Part shown: one piece after another, positions 60,418-64,000 of the stretch
Numbering within the stretch: position 1 is the stretch's first letter
How the letters are laid out: every line of letters starts with the position of its first letter
IMG/VR virus record: IMGVR_UViG_3300029928_000001
Location: 64,001 to 128,000 of that record
Reading direction: 5' to 3' (one strand)
DNA from: a virus
Taxonomy: Duplodnaviria; Caudoviricetes
DNA length: 64,000 bases
Notes under the pieces: generated by a model
Told to the model about the DNA's origin: nothing
Databases searched by the model: none
Seen by the model: only the letters and a program-made list of their open reading frames with translations
Made by a program: the position numbers and the translations under genes

Positions 60418-61356
60418 TCACTTAAACAAATTAGCCTATTCTGCTTCGAACTGTGCTTCGTAAGTTCCGTAATTGTGATAAGTACCAAGTCTTTCTACAT
60501 CAGCAGTACCTGCTACGTCAACGATTTGAATAGCAGCTAATACTTTCTTAGTCTTATCAAATCTTGTATAATCTGGGAATGCATCCATAGTAAATGTAAA
60601 TGTACTTGGATCTCCAGAAGAAGCAAGAGTAAAGTTAAAGTTAGATTGAATCTTACAGTTTGGAATAATAAATTCTGCCGGTAAATCTACACCATTTGTA
60701 TCTCTAAATAATGTAGAAGCTTCTAAGTAATAGTTTCCGCCAAACTTATCCGGAGTAATTTCAATCTGTTGAGCACCAGATTTTCTTTCTACGTAATAAT
60801 CTACAAGAACTACGCATCCTTCATAGAATACAGAAAGATCATCCGTAGATTTTAATGTAATAGTTTTTCCATCTTTAGTAGCTGGAATATACGGTTCGGT
60901 GACAGGTTCACCGTCAGTAGTTGCCATTACATAAATAAAATCTTCGCCTTCTTTGAAATAAGGTTCTTCGTCAAGAGTAATAGTAACACCAGTTACCTGG
61001 TCACCCACTGTTGCTACTTCAACAGCATCAGTTTGTTCAGTTGCATGAACTTTAATAGTTTTATTTTCAGAAGCTTCAATTAAACCAGCCCCAGAAAGAA
61101 TCATGAATCCAGCAGGAGAAATAAGCGCATCTTCCATCGTGAAAGTTACAGTTCTTTCACCTTCCCATGCTACGAGTCTTGCGTTACCACGTCCGCCTTG
61201 CGCGTATACCGTAGTAGCAGCGCCTTCCATACTGGAGGTCTTTAAAGTGTCAAAATAAATGACAGGTTCATTTTTATAGAAAATCTTATTGCCGACTTTT
61301 TGAGCTGCTTTTGCTTTTAAAACAACGTTGCAAATCTCACGTGCACCGAATTTCAT
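60418..61356 (-). CDS. Major tail (tube) protein
   Basis: YAQGGRGNARLVAWEGER, IIPNCKIQSNF.FTL...GDPSTFTFTMD; position in the tail operon. The only TAG is at 60436-60438, followed five codons later by TGA. Confidence 0.75.
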
Positions 61357-61375
61357 AATTTAGTGTCCTCCTTAA

Positions 61376-62098
61376 TCAATGAATATTTTTCATCCAATTA
61401 TCCGGTTTATCTTCTGGGCTACCGCCCGCTAACCGAACTCGAATATCAATATCCCAATTAACATATAATGAATATCTCTCTAATAAATCATAAACCTAAT
61501 ACACAGTAAGCTATTTACAATCATTAAGAGATAAATGTAATCCAATAGATAAAGTAGAAAGATACTAAGAAAAAACACTTCCTATAGTTCCACCTTTTTC
61601 TGCCGCAACTTTTTGGCGCCCTTGCATAATCTTATCCGCAATTGCCTTAGCCTAAGCATTTGCTGGATTAAAAGTTGTCTAATCCATTGAACTATTATTT
61701 ACACAAAAAATGGTTTTTATATTTTCTTGAAGAAATTCAAAACTATCTTCATCAACCATAATTGAATTTCCCTCAGAATTAAAAATGATTGATCTTGGAG
61801 AAAATATAATTTTATATTGTGGAAAAACCAACTGAAGTAATGAAAGGACTGCTTCTTTTTTATCAGCCGTCTCTTTCTCATTCATTATTGTCATAAATAT
61901 CTGAAAGTTTGTTATATCCAATAAATCATTTTCGCCCGAAGAAATCATATTTTTATTTACTGTTAAAGTCTGTAACGCAATAAAAAAATCTTTCTCTCCT
62001 ATTAATGCTATTTCTTTCATAGTAGGCTAATGCGCAATTAATTGACATTCTTCTATTGGAATATCAGTTCCGCACATTAAAGCTAATCGAATATCCAT
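61376..62098 (-). CDS. Conserved tail-region protein, 240 aa
   Basis: MDIRLALMCGTDIP...H[Q]PTMKEIALIGE...TVY[Q]VYDLLERY...RLAGG...NWM. Confidence 0.75.
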
Positions 62099-62712
62099 TA
62101 TAACAAATCTTCTAAGTCTATATTAGAATTATTAAAAATAGCGTCAAAGTTAGCGTCCATATCTTTTTGGTCTTTTGCATTAGGAGAATTTTTTTGATCA
62201 TCATCTGCGTGAACTGCAGAATACATTAATGTAATTCCTGCAAATTCATCATTAAGAATTATCTAAGAAGCACCTAAAAATTCAAGAGTTCCTATACCAC
62301 TTAAATGCTTATTATTAAATAAGGTATCGATCTCAGCGGCGATTTTATAAGGCCGCAACTAAAAATCTCCCAACTCCCATTGATCCATATGACAAATAAT
62401 ATCAAAACTAATAACATTATCCCTATAATATGGATTTGTCATATTAGGGGTAAAATTATCAAAAGATATAATAATATAATTTAAAACATCTTTATCTATA
62501 TATACTTTAGGAATCATTCTAATATAACGCTCAGAAACTAATTGTGCATCCTATTCTTTAGTAAGATTAGGTTTATTTAAACAATCTTTTGTAGTATAAT
62601 ACAATAATTTTTTTAATCTATTATTTTTTAGCATCATATCAATAATCATTCCCATGTCTTTTTCTATAGAAATAAAGCTTGACTTTGGATATTGATAAGT
62701 TAATTTATACAT
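62098..62712 (-). CDS. Putative neck/tail-completion protein, 204 aa
   Basis: RLKKLLYY, ISFDNF, FDIICH..QW....LRPYKIA, GIGTLEF. Absent from the standard-code track. Confidence 0.68.
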
Positions 62713-62731
62713 TCCTTTTTCTCCTCTATAT

Positions 62732-63841
62732 TTAGAATAATGACTCTACAACAATAGTTTTACTAATAGACTATTCTCCATTAGTAAATATTAAATCAAA
62801 CTATCCGCTAAAAGTATTATTCCATTTAATACGTATTTGCGGTTGCCCTTTATCATTTTTTGAGCACTTATAGACTACTGGTATTTTTTCATCTATCTTC
62901 CAGCTCCCATTTTCCATAGAACCAACAAATACGTAATTATAAACTTGTTTTGGTTGAATAAATCCCTCACCCTTGATTTCTTTACCAGATTCTTCAGGAC
63001 GTAAAAGTTTACCCGATGGTACTTTACCATCTACAAGTTCTTTTTCTACATCATCTTTATCTTGATTAATGTAATATTCAACCGCTGTAAATTCAATAAT
63101 ACCTTGCATGCTATATGTGTCTGTTGCCTCTATTCGCCAGCAAACAGTATTTTCACCATCAGATAATAAAAATTTATTATATCTTTTACACCATTGCAAA
63201 GTATCTTTATTTTTTGGAATTAACATATTTAAAGAATAATTTGGAACATCTAAACTTATTCCATTCTTTTGAATTGATTCAATTCTAGTTTCTACTGGAC
63301 CTCGAATTGCCGCATAAGTATAACGTTCTTCTCCATCATCATTTAACCAACGAATAATATAAGAACAACGTCTTATATCTCCTCTAAAATATGCTAATTC
63401 TGTTAAATCCTATAAATATATTAACCAATAGGTTCCAGTTTGGCACCATTCAAAAACAGTTCCTGGCTCAAAATTATATTCCCAACCTATTGAAATAACT
63501 TTATCATCATAATCTTGTTTAACTTTATTTGGATTAATAAGTGCCCGAGCTGGTGGCTAATCTTTTTCATTGTCCATCAATGGCACATAATCCTATATAT
63601 ATTTTTTAACGAAAGCCCCCTAATAAGAATATAAGACGGCTCTATCGAGTGTCCTACGCTTATCTTTTATCATTCTCGATTGCTGCGCGGGGCCGCCAGC
63701 TGCATACAGATGTTTTGCTAAAGCATTTACTCCTTGAACTGATGAAGGAGCAATTTTTGGTCTCTACAACTGTCCAGGTTGTATTCCCTAATCTTTTAAA
63801 AATTTATCCCAATAAAAACCACCAATCTCATGCAAGTCCAT
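62732..63841 (-). CDS. Putative head-tail connector/closure protein, 369 aa
   Basis: RBS AGGAGG. RALINPNK.KQDYDDK, WLIYL[Q]DLTELAYFRGDIRRC, IRGPVET. Confidence 0.7.
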
Positions 63842-64000
63842 TTTTAGCCTCCTAAATTAAACTAATACATTCAAAAACTGTTTTACGATAAATATCAAAA
63901 TTAGGTTTTACAATTAATATTCCTTCTAATTTAGACAACAGCTATAAATAAAGCGGGTTAGAAGAAAAAATTTCATTTAAACCCGCTATATCTATAATTA
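63828..64000 (-). CDS. 3' end of a hypothetical protein
   Basis: ...GLNEIF...LLSKLEG...YRKTVFECISL; TGA at 63828-63830. Confidence 0.6.

Noticed and set aside
13791-63855. Plus-strand track ORFs in the structural region (e.g. 13822..14103, 24500..25063, 34692..35012, 57730..57927) and off-frame minus ORFs (15807..16253, 18977..19447, 39499..39861)
   Set aside because: Shadow or alternate frames of the long code-15 genes, without RBS or recognisable motifs
9836-64000. Mass pseudogenisation of a decayed prophage as the cause of fragmented ORFs
   Set aside because: The interruptions I traced are TAG only, frames are preserved over kilobases, and genes abut with intact RBSs. Random decay would also give TAA/TGA and frameshifts.
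1-64000. Suppressor tRNA, other tRNAs, CRISPR array, integrase or IS elements
   Set aside because: No cloverleaf, repeat-spacer array or recombinase motif recognised by eye. tRNAscan-SE or ARAGORN would be needed to exclude tRNAs formally.

Overview
AT-rich (visibly low-GC) segment of a large tailed phage, probably a long-tailed siphovirus of a gut Firmicute (inferred from gene content, Shine-Dalgarno and sigmaA motifs). The phage appears to use an alternative genetic code in which TAG encodes Gln (table 15). The roughly 60 short minus-strand ORFs in the track end in TAG and join, frame by frame, into about 30 intact genes ending in TAA/TGA. These include a 2730-aa tape measure protein and a 2524-aa virion-type protein with a CotH-like kinase domain. 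Bases 1-9.3 kb (+) hold replication/nucleotide genes: a dnaE 3' exon, pth2, gmk, nrdD/nrdG, dut and ruvC. Three group I introns interrupt them, two carrying homing endonucleases, and most of these genes have no in-frame TAG. Bases 9.8-12.6 kb (-) hold a six-gene module of unknown function. Bases 12.7-13.8 kb (+) hold an atypical LytTR regulator and a holin. Bases 13.8-64 kb (-) hold the tail-fibre, baseplate, tape-measure, tail-tube and neck genes. Other signals: a G8 frameshift in a receptor-binding-type gene, a repeated tripartite promoter-like motif (GGWC-N8-TTAA-N18-NATA), and TAG codons placed near the 5' end of late genes. All calls were made by manual reading and motif recognition; no database searches were run.
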